Assembly (NCBI GenBank): GCA_965217775.1
Contig: CBDCJH010000002.1
Location: 3,744,001-3,808,000 of the forward strand
Direction of reading: 5' to 3'
DNA: 64,000 bases
Source: Acidobacteriota bacterium
Lineage (GTDB): Bacteria; Acidobacteriota; UBA6911; RPQK01; JAJDTT01
A model generated the notes under the pieces. The model was not told the DNA's origin. It made no database searches and saw only the letters and a list, made by a program, of their open reading frames with translations. The position numbers and the translations under genes are program-made. Shown here piece after piece: positions 30,160 to 41,300 of the stretch; position 1 is the stretch's first letter, and every line of letters begins with the position of its first letter.

Positions 30160-31545
30160 CTATGGTTGCGGTTCCTTCACCTGCCCTACGAGTTGGTGAA
30201 TCTTGCGTACCACGATCTCTTCGATCTCAGGGGCAAAGGGCCCGGGCAGCCCGACCAGCAACATCGATCGTTCCGGCTCGTATCCACCTTCCTGCAACAC
30301 CCGCCGCGAGGGAATATAGGTCGTAATGTCATTCGAGTAGCCGACGATCCACACGTCTCGATCGCGGGCGGCCAGTTCCTTTCTCAACCGCACCGCGTAG
30401 TCGGCGACCACTTCACCGCCCAGGGCGATCAGGGTGAGAGAAGGCCCCAGTCGAATCGCTTGGAGCGGCAACCGGTGGTGGCTCACGAGCTTGCCGTCCC
30501 GCTCCAAACGAGACAGCGAGTACTCGGCATGCCGGCGGACGTAGTCTTTTTCCGCAGAAAGTCTCTTCTGAAGGAACTCACGCGTCGGAGGTGGACCGAA
30601 CGGAACCGGGACGATGGCCAGCGCGCTGTCCAGGTTTCCGCCAACCGGCCGGCCGCCGTCCGACATCGCCTCTGAAACCGCGGCCGCCAGCGCTCCTCCA
30701 TGCCGGCGAGCCAAATCGAGGCTGCCTCGTTCACCGGGTTGGGCATCTCCTCCACAACCCTGCATGAACAGGGCCACCGCCCCCGAATGAGCCGCTTCCA
30801 GATCACTTTGCGCAAAGCCCGGATAGTCGCCACTGATTTGGTGAAAATCGCCTCGAAGGGTGGTGGGATGGCAGGCGTAGCTGAAGAGAATCGCTTTGAC
30901 GCCCCCATTCTCGCGGGAGACTCGAAGCAGGGGGACTCCGTGGTCCACCAGGCCCTCAGGATTGGGGGCCAGCTTGACGCCCTCGGGTGTGGGCAAGCGG
31001 CGATTCATCGCGAAATTCGCCTCACCCCGGTGAAAGGAGAAGCGGGCCGGCGCCAGGTCCGCCAGGGCCTCACTCACCGCCCGCACCATTCGTTCCTGCA
31101 CCAGCCGGGTGTAACGACGCAATCCGGCAAGCTGATCCTGGTCGAGAACGTACATCATCTCCAGCGGACGCCGAACATGCTCGACCAGAGGTCCCGTATG
31201 GGTGTGAGAGGCGTTGAACAACAACTGCCGGCGCTGGAGTGCGTGCCGCCTTTCGATTCGCGCGGCCACGGGTTCGATCATCTCCCCCTCGAACCCGGCC
31301 AGGTCGGAGGTCACGATCACGACCCGGTTCCCCGCCGGATCCTCTATCGCCAGAGCCCGGACATGGATCTCATGTGCGATGCCCTCAGAGAAACGGACTC
31401 CCACGTATCCCCACATGCAGACCGGCTCTTGCGGCGTAATCGAGACTCTGGCGACTCCTGCCTTCCAATCCGCCGCCCGGAGCGCCGACGGGGCGTTCAG
31501 CGCACTCAGAGCGAAGCACAGAACCACAAAGACCGTCCTGGTCAT
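30160..31545 (-). CDS. Neutral/alkaline ceramidase-like amidohydrolase
   Basis: Signal peptide; WKAGVARVSITP, NASHTHTGP, AMNRR, YACHPT, ISGDYPG, GCGGD, LGGEVVADY, EGGYE. Confidence 0.82.
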   Translation of the reverse strand: MTRTVFVVLCFALSALNAPSALRAADWKAGVARVSITPQEPVCMWGYVGVRFSEGIAHEIHVRALAIEDPAGNRVVIVTSDLAGFEGEMIEPVAARIERRHALQRRQLLFNASHTHTGPLVEHVRRPLEMMYVLDQDQLAGLRRYTRLVQERMVRAVSEALADLAPARFSFHRGEANFAMNRRLPTPEGVKLAPNPEGLVDHGVPLLRVSRENGGVKAILFSYACHPTTLRGDFHQISGDYPGFAQSDLEAAHSGAVALFMQGCGGDAQPGERGSLDLARRHGGALAAAVSEAMSDGGRPVGGNLDSALAIVPVPFGPPPTREFLQKRLSAEKDYVRRHAEYSLSRLERDGKLVSHHRLPLQAIRLGPSLTLIALGGEVVADYAVRLRKELAARDRDVWIVGYSNDITTYIPSRRVLQEGGYEPERSMLLVGLPGPFAPEIEEIVVRKIHQLVGQVKEPQP

Positions 31546-31724
31546 GAGCCTCACATTCCTCCAACCTTCCTTCGGGATGCCTCTCGACTCCGGAACGTCT
31601 GCTCCCACCGGTCAACGGCGTCAACAGAACGCGGCGAGGCGCATTTTCCCTCCCGGTTCGCGGGATTCGATCTCGTTGACCGAAGAGGAGACAATCGCTA
31701 TTCTGACCGCGATTCAACCATCTT

Positions 31725-33308
31725 ATGTCAACCCTGGCACTCATCACCATTCTGCTTCTGTCCCATGGACTTGTATGTGCCCAGGACGTGCGGGACGAAG
31801 AAGTCGACGACTACTTCAATAAATGGCTCCGCGAAGACACCGTGTACATCATTTCTCCCGAGGAAAGATCCGTCTTCGAAAAGCTCTCGAGCCCGGAAGA
31901 GAAGGAACGCTTTATCGAACAATTCTGGTTTCGTCGTGATCCCGATCCTGGAAACGCGTTTAACGAGTTCAAGGAGGAACACTACCGGCGCATCGCCTAT
32001 GCGAATGAACATTACAAGGCGGGAAAGGCTGGCTGGACCACGGACCGCGGCCGCATCTATATCATTCACGGACCTCCCGCCAACATCATGATGCGGCCCA
32101 TGGGCGGTCTACATAAGCGAACCTTGCAGGAAGGCGGTGGCGCCACGACGACTTTTCCTCACGAAGTCTGGAGTTACCGCTATATCGAGGGTATTGGAAA
32201 CGACGTCGAGTTCGAGTTCGTGGACTCGAATCTGAGCGGCAACTACCGTTTGGCGCTCACGCCGGACGAGAAGGATGCCCTGTTGCATACCGGCTTGGGT
32301 GCAACTCTCGAAGAGAGCCTGGGGATGAAGACCCGGGCGGACCGGATCCGGGAGCAGACCATGCTGCGGCCGTTGGAGGACCGGACTCTTGGTGCCCAAA
32401 AAAGCCCCATAGAACGCCTGCAAAATTACTTCCAGGCTTTCAGGAATCCTGAAATCACCTATCACGACCTGCAGAATATCGTCGAAACCCGAGTCACCTA
32501 CGAGGAACTCCCGCTGGGCACTCGAGCCGACTATTTTTGGGTCGCTGGAGAGAGGTTCATGGCAACGGTGACGCTCCAGTTGGCCAACCGGGAGCTGACC
32601 TACAAGCAAGACGGCGCCAGGAACGGGGCGCGCGTTGACGTGTATGGGGCGGTCCAGGACCTTTCCGGAAAGACGGCCTACGAGTTCGAGCAGACTCTTT
32701 TTGTCAACACCCCCTCGGAAATCGCAATGGAGAAGGGACATACGCTCTACCAGCATGCCATCCCTCTGGAGCCGGGACGGTACAAACTGGATTGGGTGGT
32801 TCGCGACCTTCATTCCGGAAAACTGGGCACCTCCGCACACGCTCTAGTCCTGCCGAGGCGTGGAAAGGACGAGTTTTTCACCAGCTCTCTCATCCTGGCA
32901 GACCGCATCCGCGGCGGCTCAGGTGATCCCCTCGAGCCCTTCAACACGCTTTCGGGCCTGAAGGTTTATCCCAACGTCGAAAAGAACACCTTCGCCCTCG
33001 GCGAAAAAATCGGCTTCTATTTCGAGATCTACAACGCTGCCCTGGACTCGGCTTCAGGCAATCCGGCTCTGCAGGCCGTCCTGCGCATCCGGGGTCGCGA
33101 GGATCAGGTCGTGGAAGAACGGCGGCTGGAGGGGTGGGCTCTGAACTACGCCAACGAGCGCGCCTATGGCTCGACCATCCTGCGCCTCGATTCCATGGCG
33201 CCCGGCCCCTACCTGGCCGAGGTTTCGGTTCAAGATTCGATTTCCGGACAGAACAAGACACTCAGCTCCCGCTTCCGACTGGTTTCGTCGAAAGCCGACG
33301 GCGAATGA
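31725..33308 (+). CDS. GWxTD-domain protein
   Basis: KWLREDTVYII, FIEQFWFRRDP, NEFKEEHYRRIAYAN, GWTTDRGRIYI. Confidence 0.9.
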   Translation: MSTLALITILLLSHGLVCAQDVRDEEVDDYFNKWLREDTVYIISPEERSVFEKLSSPEEKERFIEQFWFRRDPDPGNAFNEFKEEHYRRIAYANEHYKAGKAGWTTDRGRIYIIHGPPANIMMRPMGGLHKRTLQEGGGATTTFPHEVWSYRYIEGIGNDVEFEFVDSNLSGNYRLALTPDEKDALLHTGLGATLEESLGMKTRADRIREQTMLRPLEDRTLGAQKSPIERLQNYFQAFRNPEITYHDLQNIVETRVTYEELPLGTRADYFWVAGERFMATVTLQLANRELTYKQDGARNGARVDVYGAVQDLSGKTAYEFEQTLFVNTPSEIAMEKGHTLYQHAIPLEPGRYKLDWVVRDLHSGKLGTSAHALVLPRRGKDEFFTSSLILADRIRGGSGDPLEPFNTLSGLKVYPNVEKNTFALGEKIGFYFEIYNAALDSASGNPALQAVLRIRGREDQVVEERRLEGWALNYANERAYGSTILRLDSMAPGPYLAEVSVQDSISGQNKTLSSRFRLVSSKADGE

Positions 33309-34693
33309 TGGTCGAGGAGTGGCCATCACTTCCACCGGGAGCGCGCTCACTCCGCCCCATAGAAACGGCCTCCACCCACCAGAATACGCCGGTAGGGAAA
33401 CGCTGCCCCTCCTTATCAGTCCGTGGTGAAAGTCCCGCGAGCACCGAGACCGTTCCTGCGCCCGCCGGACAAGGCGCGATTCGGGTGCATACCGGGAGTA
33501 TGTGCCCGAATCGCAACGCCGTCCGCCGGGATGCAGGGACGGTCGAATGCCGTGATGACTTTTGCCACGGGCTGTTATGGGTCGTGTTTACGATGTTCAG
33601 TCTGAGCTCGCTTCTCTGGGCTCAGACGGTGGATCTTGAAAGGGTGCAAGCTCTCATCAGTTCCGGAGACTTGGCGCAGGCGCGGCGCCTTCTCACCAAC
33701 GCCGTCGACGCAGATCCGCGATCGACGCAACTATGGGCCATGCTCGGGAGTGTGTGTGCAAGGCTCGAAGATTGGTCCGCCGCCCGGGACGCGTACGATC
33801 AGGCTCTGCTTCAGACACCGGACGACCCCAAGCTTCTGGCCGGACTGGGTTTTGTTCTGGCTCGTCAGGGGCAGTTCAAGAGCGCGACAACTGCGCTCCA
33901 AAAAAGTTTGAACCTTGACCCGGAGAACGCGTCGATTGGTTTCCTCCTGGGGCGGGTGCAGTTCGAGGCCCAGCAATTCGCAGCAGCCGTGTCCAACTTC
34001 GAGCAGGCGATAATCAAGGAGCCGAAGAACGAAACATTCTATCTTGACTACGCTCAGATTCTGGCGCAGGGACAGGCCTACACCGGGGCTGAGAAGATCC
34101 TCAAATACGGTCTTCAACAACTGCCCCAATCGGCCGCAATCCGCTTCGAGCTCGGGGTCTGCTACCAGAAACAGTTGAAGAGCCAGAGAGCACAGCAGGA
34201 GTTTCGGCGCGTGATCGAGTTGGACCCGGCCTTTCCTCGAATCCACGCCGCCCTGGCCAGTTCGCTGCTGGAAAATGGGCAATTGGAGGAGGCGGAGCCC
34301 GTACTGAAGACCGCACTGAAGATCAACGGCAGCGACTTCGACGCACGCTATCTCTACGCGGTCCTGCTCACCCGGCTGGGACGCAAGTTGGAAGCCGTGG
34401 CCCAATTCAGAAGATGTCTCGAGTTGAGAGCCGACGACGCGCGAGTCCACTACCAGTTGGGGAAGACGTTATCTGAATCCGAAGAGATTGAGGCTGCGGA
34501 ATCCGAGTTGAACACCGCAGTCCGGCTCTACCCGGAGTTCAAGGAAGCCTACCTGGAGTTGGGCCGCCTCTATTCCAAGCTGGGCCTCACCGAGAAGGCG
34601 CGGCAGGCTCTTGGCCGGTTTGAAGAAATCCGTCAGAAACAGGAGCGAGAGGACAAGGAACAACCCAGCAGAGTCCTGATCATCGAGGACTGA
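33305..34693 (+). CDS. TPR-repeat protein (MITE in frame in the leader; alternative start about 33592)
   Basis: ATGA overlap with the GWxTD stop; about 9 TPR-like repeats after a signal-like LWVVFTMFSLSSLLWA. Confidence 0.8.
   Translation: MMVEEWPSLPPGARSLRPIETASTHQNTPVGKRCPSLSVRGESPASTETVPAPAGQGAIRVHTGSMCPNRNAVRRDAGTVECRDDFCHGLLWVVFTMFSLSSLLWAQTVDLERVQALISSGDLAQARRLLTNAVDADPRSTQLWAMLGSVCARLEDWSAARDAYDQALLQTPDDPKLLAGLGFVLARQGQFKSATTALQKSLNLDPENASIGFLLGRVQFEAQQFAAAVSNFEQAIIKEPKNETFYLDYAQILAQGQAYTGAEKILKYGLQQLPQSAAIRFELGVCYQKQLKSQRAQQEFRRVIELDPAFPRIHAALASSLLENGQLEEAEPVLKTALKINGSDFDARYLYAVLLTRLGRKLEAVAQFRRCLELRADDARVHYQLGKTLSESEEIEAAESELNTAVRLYPEFKEAYLELGRLYSKLGLTEKARQALGRFEEIRQKQEREDKEQPSRVLIIED
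33416..33575 (-). mobile_element. MITE family 1, copy 4 (160 bp, inverted)
   Basis: Reverse complement of the other copies; TA flanks. Confidence 0.9.
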
Positions 34694-34772
34694 ACACAAG
34701 TTGGAATTGGAATGCTGGTCCACGCTTGACAGGGCGTTATCCGTTCCATTCGCCCGCAATTCCTCGCCCCGT

Positions 34773-34802
34773 TTGACTTTTTTCTCCGGTCGGACTTAGG
34801 CT
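34773..34802 (+). promoter_or_regulatory. Putative sigma70 promoter of the second TonB receptor
   Basis: TTGACT-18 bp-TAGGCT. Confidence 0.4.
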
Positions 34803-34884
34803 CGACTGCGACTTGTTCCTCCAATGCGGAATCCTTGGGCCTGTACCCGACGAACACCGTGTTCGCCAACCAGAGGGTGGGAAA

Positions 34885-37800
34885 ATGACTTCTGCACGTA
34901 GCATCATTGCGATTTTGATCGGACTGTTTCTAATTCCGGCTGCGGCCCTGGCCCAGGAGGCTCAGGGCGTCATTGTCGGGATTGTGCAGGACAAGACGGG
35001 AGCCGTCGTACCTGGTGTCGAGGTGATGGTTACGGACGTCGGTCAGGCGCGGTCGCGGGTAGCGATCACGGGGGATGCCGGCAACTACCGGGTCAGCAAT
35101 CTCGACCCCGGGGAATACGAAATCAGAGCCTCACTGGTCGGTTTCGAAACCACGATCCTGACCGGAATCGTACTGCAGGTGGGTCAGATCGCACGGATTC
35201 CGATCACACTGTCGGTGGGAGAGGTCACCCAGGAACTGACGGTTGAAAGCGTGGCTCCCATCATCCAGACCGACCATGCAACGGTGGGCGAAGTCATCGA
35301 CACGACCAAGGTGAGGGAACTGCCCCTGAACGGCCGGGACTTTTACCAGTTGGCGACGCTGACGCCTGGCGTCGTGGCGAATACTCAAGACCAGGTGGGC
35401 GTCTTCGCCCACACCGGGACCAGTATCTCGGCCAATGGTATCGGCCCGCAGTCGACCAATGTCATGGTCGATGGAATTCAAAACGTCGAGTTCGGCGCCG
35501 GCCGGCTGGCCTTCACCCCCAGCATCGACCTGATTCAGGAATTCCAGATCGTCACCAACGTTTACGACGCCGAGTTCGGCGGAACCCCGGCTGCCCAGAT
35601 CAACATGGCGACCAAGCGCGGATCTCTCGACTATCACGGCTCCATTTTCTATTTTCGCCGCAGTGACGCCCTCGATGCGCGCAACTTTTTTGAAACCGGA
35701 GCCCTCCCTCCCTTCGAGCGTGAACAGTTCGGAGGCTCCTTCGGCGGGCATGTTCCCGGATCGGAAAAGGACTTCTTCTTTTTCGTGTACGAGGGGCAAC
35801 GGCAAGCCCGTGGTCTGACACTACGGGCCAGCGTGCCCCCGGTTGCGCTTCGGAACGGGGATTTCCGGGAGTTCGGGACGACCATTTACGATCCCATGAC
35901 CACGGACCCGGACACCGGCGAGCGGCAGCCCTTCCCCAACAACGTCATCCCAGCGAACAGAATCACTCCCCAGGCCGCCTATATCTCCTCGCTGTGGCCG
36001 GAGCCGACCCTCCCCGGAACCGTGGCCAACTTCGTCGCCAACCCGGACCGGCTTCGCAACTTCGATCAATGGAGCATACGCTACGATCGCGACCTGACCG
36101 ATGCGGACAGCATCATGTTTCGTTTTACCCGGAACAAGAATTCCTATCTGGAGCCTCAGCCGAGGGGCTTCACGCTGCCGGTCAATGGATTCCGTCAGAA
36201 CCAGACTTTCGTCGGGCCGAACTGGAAAGGAGGCTGGACCCGCACCATCAGCCCGACCACGCTGAACAGCCTCAACATCGGTTACAGCAAGTTCGATCAG
36301 TGCCGCGACTCGGAGGCCACGGATCCTGAACTTTTCGGGTGTGGCGGGCCTCACGGTCCACTCACCGGACCGGAGTTTTTCGAAAATTCCGGAATCCAAG
36401 GTGTCTCGCCCGAAGCGCAACGCGCCGATATCCCCAGGATCCGGGTCAGCGGCTGGAATGACATCGCGACTTCGACCTTTGCGCCCGTCGCCTCCAAAGA
36501 GCCTCACTACCAGATCAACAACGTGTTCAGTAAGGTTGAGGGGAATCATTCCTGGAAGGCGGGAGTCGACGTCCTCGACAGCTTTTTTGAACTGAAATTC
36601 GAGGCCCGCACGCGCGGCCGGATCGATTTCGCGTCCCGGTTCACGACCGCCTCCGTGGGCTCCCCGGGAAACGAGTTCCATTCATTCGCGGACTTTCTGC
36701 TGGGACAGGTCAATTTCAGCAACTTGTTCGGAAACCCCTTGTTCCAGGAGATCGAACTGACCTGGTGGAGCTTTTTCATTCAAGACGACTGGAGCGTCCA
36801 TCCCGATGTGACGCTCAATCTCGGGCTGCGATATGAGATCTTTCAGCGCCCCGTGGAGAGGGGTAATCGTGTGGTGGCCTTCGACCTCGCGACCGAACAG
36901 TTCGTCTTCCCGGGTTCGGTGCCCAACCTGCCGGGCACCCCTCCCAATTCCGTGACCGCCGACAGCCTGGGTTATTCCCGCACCCTGCAGCATGACACGG
37001 ACCTGAATGATTACGGCCCCCGGTTGGGTTTCGCCTGGAGAATCGGTGGAGACAACAGCACCGTGTTGCGGGGTGGCTTCGGTGTCTTCTACACCTGGTT
37101 CGTGGAAGACATGCAGGTGGGTCAGGGTTTCGGCCCACCCTTCGTGCCTCAGGCCAGCAACCGTAGCGATCCGGATCGCCCGGCCGCGACTTTCGAATCG
37201 CCGTTTGCCGGCAGCGCGGCTGCCACGGTGAGACCCTCAGGAGTCGCGGTTAAAGACAACAACACCGGATATCTCTACCAGTACTCGCTGGGCCTGGATC
37301 GGGCCCTGACCCCCACGCTGGGTTTCGAGATCGGTCTGGTCGGGAATGCCGCACGCAAGATGCTTCGCAGTCACAATTACAATCAGGCGATCCCGGGGGC
37401 CGCACCCATTTCCGAACGGGTCCCCTATCCGCAGTATGGAGGCCTCACTGCCCGGCAAAGCTGGGCCAACGGCAGTTACAGTGCGCTCCAGATGAAGCTT
37501 CGCAAGGATTTTTCGGGTGGTCTGATGGGGCTGGTTTCCTATACCTGGGGAAGGGCGATCGGCCACGTGGTTCCAGGGGCGGCCTTCCGTCAACAGCCCA
37601 ACCGTAATCACAACAATTGGAAAGCGGACTACGGACCGACGCAGTGGGATATCCCTCAGATCCTTTCCCTGTCCTGGGTCTGGGATCTCCCCGTCGGCCG
37701 CGGCAAACCGGTGGGGAAGGATCTGACGGGGGTCGCCAATGCCATCTTCGGTGGGTGGAAATTCGGCGGCATCGCCAATTTCCAGGCTGGAAACAAGTTT

Positions 37801-38193
37801 ACGGTCAGCGATATTTTCAACAACTCGAACGCCGGAGGCAGCCGGCCCGACATGATCAGCAATCCGAACGGTGTCTCCCATGGCTCCAACGCCTCCGCGA
37901 TCGCCCAGTTTTTCAAAACCTCCGCTTTCGTCCGGGCGCCGAGATATACCTTCGGCAATACCGGGGTCGGGGTGGTTTCGGGTCCCGGACTGGGGATTTG
38001 GGATCTGTCCCTGTACAAGGACGTCTATGTGGCCGAGGGGATGCGAACTCAATTCCGGGTGGAGTTTTTCAACGCCTTCAACAAAGCCAATTTCTTCAAC
38101 CCGAACGGTGCGTTCGGCAGCAGCAGCTTCGGCGTGATCAGCCGGACCCGAGATGCCCGTCAGATTCAGTGGGGGCTCCGTTTCGACTTCTAG
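34885..38193 (+). CDS. TonB-dependent receptor, Oar-like; paralog of 14107-17496
   Basis: GIVQDKTGAVVPGVEV, LPLNGRDFYQLATLTPGV, PSIDLIQEFQI, RQIQWGLRFDF. Confidence 0.92.
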   Translation: MTSARSIIAILIGLFLIPAAALAQEAQGVIVGIVQDKTGAVVPGVEVMVTDVGQARSRVAITGDAGNYRVSNLDPGEYEIRASLVGFETTILTGIVLQVGQIARIPITLSVGEVTQELTVESVAPIIQTDHATVGEVIDTTKVRELPLNGRDFYQLATLTPGVVANTQDQVGVFAHTGTSISANGIGPQSTNVMVDGIQNVEFGAGRLAFTPSIDLIQEFQIVTNVYDAEFGGTPAAQINMATKRGSLDYHGSIFYFRRSDALDARNFFETGALPPFEREQFGGSFGGHVPGSEKDFFFFVYEGQRQARGLTLRASVPPVALRNGDFREFGTTIYDPMTTDPDTGERQPFPNNVIPANRITPQAAYISSLWPEPTLPGTVANFVANPDRLRNFDQWSIRYDRDLTDADSIMFRFTRNKNSYLEPQPRGFTLPVNGFRQNQTFVGPNWKGGWTRTISPTTLNSLNIGYSKFDQCRDSEATDPELFGCGGPHGPLTGPEFFENSGIQGVSPEAQRADIPRIRVSGWNDIATSTFAPVASKEPHYQINNVFSKVEGNHSWKAGVDVLDSFFELKFEARTRGRIDFASRFTTASVGSPGNEFHSFADFLLGQVNFSNLFGNPLFQEIELTWWSFFIQDDWSVHPDVTLNLGLRYEIFQRPVERGNRVVAFDLATEQFVFPGSVPNLPGTPPNSVTADSLGYSRTLQHDTDLNDYGPRLGFAWRIGGDNSTVLRGGFGVFYTWFVEDMQVGQGFGPPFVPQASNRSDPDRPAATFESPFAGSAAATVRPSGVAVKDNNTGYLYQYSLGLDRALTPTLGFEIGLVGNAARKMLRSHNYNQAIPGAAPISERVPYPQYGGLTARQSWANGSYSALQMKLRKDFSGGLMGLVSYTWGRAIGHVVPGAAFRQQPNRNHNNWKADYGPTQWDIPQILSLSWVWDLPVGRGKPVGKDLTGVANAIFGGWKFGGIANFQAGNKFTVSDIFNNSNAGGSRPDMISNPNGVSHGSNASAIAQFFKTSAFVRAPRYTFGNTGVGVVSGPGLGIWDLSLYKDVYVAEGMRTQFRVEFFNAFNKANFFNPNGAFGSSSFGVISRTRDARQIQWGLRFDF

Positions 38194-38217
38194 GTGTTTC
38201 TAACCGGGGGGGCGCAA

Positions 38218-38250
38218 GGAGGGGCGATTTCCAGTCGCCCATTCCTCCGC
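38218..38250. repeat. REP-like palindrome (family B) between convergent genes
   Basis: GGAGGGGCGATTTCCAGTCGCCCATTCCTCC. Confidence 0.5.
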
Positions 38251-38331
38251 TCTCCCGCCCGCTCATTCCGCCATACTCTCCTGCCCCTCGGGAGTTCGGC
38301 GGCAAGAAAGCCGCCGTTCCCTGCTCGACGA

Positions 38332-41300
38332 CTAAAAGTCGCGGCTTCCAACGCCGGTTGTCGCTCCCAAGTGGGTCAGATACTCGAGCAGGTCGGTCAT
38401 CTGCCGGACGCTGATGTCTTCCTGGACTCCCTCCGGCATGGCGGACACTCCCAGAGACCGGAGGCTGGCGATCTGGCTCCGGGAGATCGTGTCCTCCTCC
38501 CCCTCGCTTCGCCTCAGGGTGACCGTCGCCGGCCCTTGGCTGGCCATCACTCCGGTCAGCGCGCGTCCGTCGTTGGTCTCGACCAGATACTCCTCATAAC
38601 CGGGGACGATGTTGGAGTTGGGGTCGAGGATATTTTCCAGGAATTCGTACTTGGTCCGGCCTGAAAGGCTGAGCAGGTCCGGTCCGACTTCCGAGCCGGT
38701 TTCCCCGACCTTGTGACACTGACTGCAATGGTCGTTGAAAACGTCGCGGCCGGCAGCGATGTCCCCGGTGGTGCGGGCGGCGGCGCCATACTGGTCCATC
38801 AACGCACTCAGGTCGGGAGGAGAACTCCGCAGGAGAGTCCTGGCGCGCTCCAGGGTCTCGCCCTCCGAGATCCGAAAAAGGCGGCTCCGCCTGGCGCCTC
38901 GGATGGTCCAGGGCTGGACGGTCCCCGCCTCGACGGCGTCCAGGAGGTTGGGCACTCGCACCGGTTCTCTGAGCATCCCGTCCACTGCCGCGTTCTGGAG
39001 CGTGGCCGTGAAGGATCGCCAGCTATCGAGTAGAACTTCGGTTGACCTGGGATGGGGCAGGACGATCAGCGCGCGCGTCGCCGCCATCTGGATCTCTTCC
39101 GCCTGGCGAGGTTGCAGCAACTCTGCCAGTAGCGAGTAGTCCGCTCGCACCGGGTCCAGGGCCGCCAATCGGATGGCATGGACCCGGGATTCCAAGCCGG
39201 CTCCCTCAGCGGCGGCCAGCGCGGCAGCCTGCCGCATCAAAGACCGAAATTGGAGTGTGTCCGACAGACGGACTCCTTCCACCACCTCAAGAGACGCCGT
39301 GCCCAACCGATTCGGTTTGGACAGAAACTCCAACAGGATTCGCTGTGCTCGGGTGGGAAGGTTGACCTCCGACTCGGTCCCCCGTTTCAATCCTTCCGCC
39401 AGCCCCCCCAGGCTCGGGGCGGGCCACCACACGTCCGCATCCCCCGCGGCCTTGCGCACGGCCGCCAGAAACGCCGTCAGTTCCCGGGGCTTCTGGCGGG
39501 CTCCGATCATCCCAGTCAGCCGGCGCAGGAATAGCTGCCGGCCCTCCGTCCCTTGGGACGCGAAGTCCCGGTTCCCGATCACGGCGCGAAACCACCGGGC
39601 CGTGTGCTCCCCGGCGGCGCTGAGCACCGCGACCTGAAACCATGGGTCCTCCATCTGGTCATGGGCGACCTTGAGCAGGGGTTTGAAGGAGTCCCTGGCC
39701 GGAAGTTCCCCCAGCGTGCACGCCAACTGGAACCGGACCCGCTCATCCGGGTCCCCGGTCATCTCCATCATCCGGTCCACGATACGGCGGTCCGACAGAT
39801 AGGATTCCCCCATCCGGATCGCCTGCTCGCGAACCTCCGGGCTATCGTCTCTCAAACCGTCCAGAACCAGGTCGGCGTCCAGGGCGTCCAGCCCTTCCAG
39901 CGTCCAGAGGGCATGCATTCGGCCGCGGGCCGAGGCACGGCTGCGGGCGAGCTCCTTCAGATGGGGAACCGCCGACGGATCCTGGCGCTCGACCAGGAGT
40001 CGCTGGGCCGTGAGCCGCCACCACCGGTTGGGATGGGAGAGCCGGACGATGAGTTCCGCGGCGCCGGCCTGGTCGAGTCGAGGTGGCTCCGCCGGCTCGT
40101 TCTCGCCGTAGACGATCCGGTAGATCCGCCCGCGATCCTGACCCGCGTAAAACAGTTCGTGGTCGTCGACAAAGTCTTCACGAATCCATTCGGGGTGCTC
40201 GACGATCTTTCGGTAGAAGTCGACCACGTACAGGGCCCCGTCGGGACCCGTTGTGGTGAAGACGGGCATGAACCAACTGTCCCGGGAAGCCAGGAACTCG
40301 GACTCCTTGAAGGCGGCGGCGCCGGTATAGGTCGCCCCGCGCGCCGACACGATATCGCCGTGCACCAGATTGTGGGCCGGCTCCGCGATGAAATGGGCTC
40401 CGTCGTAAGGCTGGGGAAACCGGCCGCCCGTATAGACGCTCTGTCCGCAAGCGGATGTGAAGTGGCCGAGCTCCTTCAACAGGCGAGTCTGGCGAATGTT
40501 CTGCAGGTGCGGATCGTCGGTGATGGGATAGACCGGCGCCGGTTGTCCGTGGTCGGAAACCGTCTGCATGGGGTTGTCGACCTGGAGCTGGGGATTGCGG
40601 TCCAGGTAACGAGTCTCGATCACCGAGTGTCTCAGGTGATTGTTGTTCCAGGAGGGGAACCGGTGGCCTCTGGCATTGAAGGTGTGCCCGAACTCGGAGT
40701 TGCCGCTGACCGGCTCGATCTGCAGCTTGTCCGGCTTGAACCGAATATCCGAACGCCGCTCGAAGACGTCGACGGGTGCGATCTCGGGATGATCGGGGAA
40801 ATGGATCGGCTGGCCCTGATCGCTGAACTGCTTGAAGCGGCGGCCGACCCCGAATCTCGGGTAGGCGGCGTAGATCCAGTTGTCCATTTCATAGAGGGGC
40901 GTATTGATGCGGAGCTGGGGATTGACCTGCGCGAAACCGGTCAGGATCACCTTGCGCTGGTCGGCCCGGCCGTCGTCATCGGTGTCGGCGAAATAGAGGA
41001 TGTCGGGGGCGCAGGCGACCAGGATTCCTCCCTTCCAGGGCAACACGCCATGGGCCATGTGGAGACCGTCGACGAACACGCTGCTGTGCTCGAACCGGCC
41101 GTCGCCGTCCCGGTCCTCGAGCAGCTTGATCCTGGAGAGGGGTTGGTCGGAGATGGGATAGTCCCTCATCTCGACGACGAACAGGCGGCCGCGTTCATCG
41201 AACGCCATGGAGATGGGATCCACGACCTGGGGTTCGGCAGCCGCCAGCTCGATCCGGAATCCCGGGGCCAGTTGAAAGGTCTGGAGAGCCGCCTCCGGAG

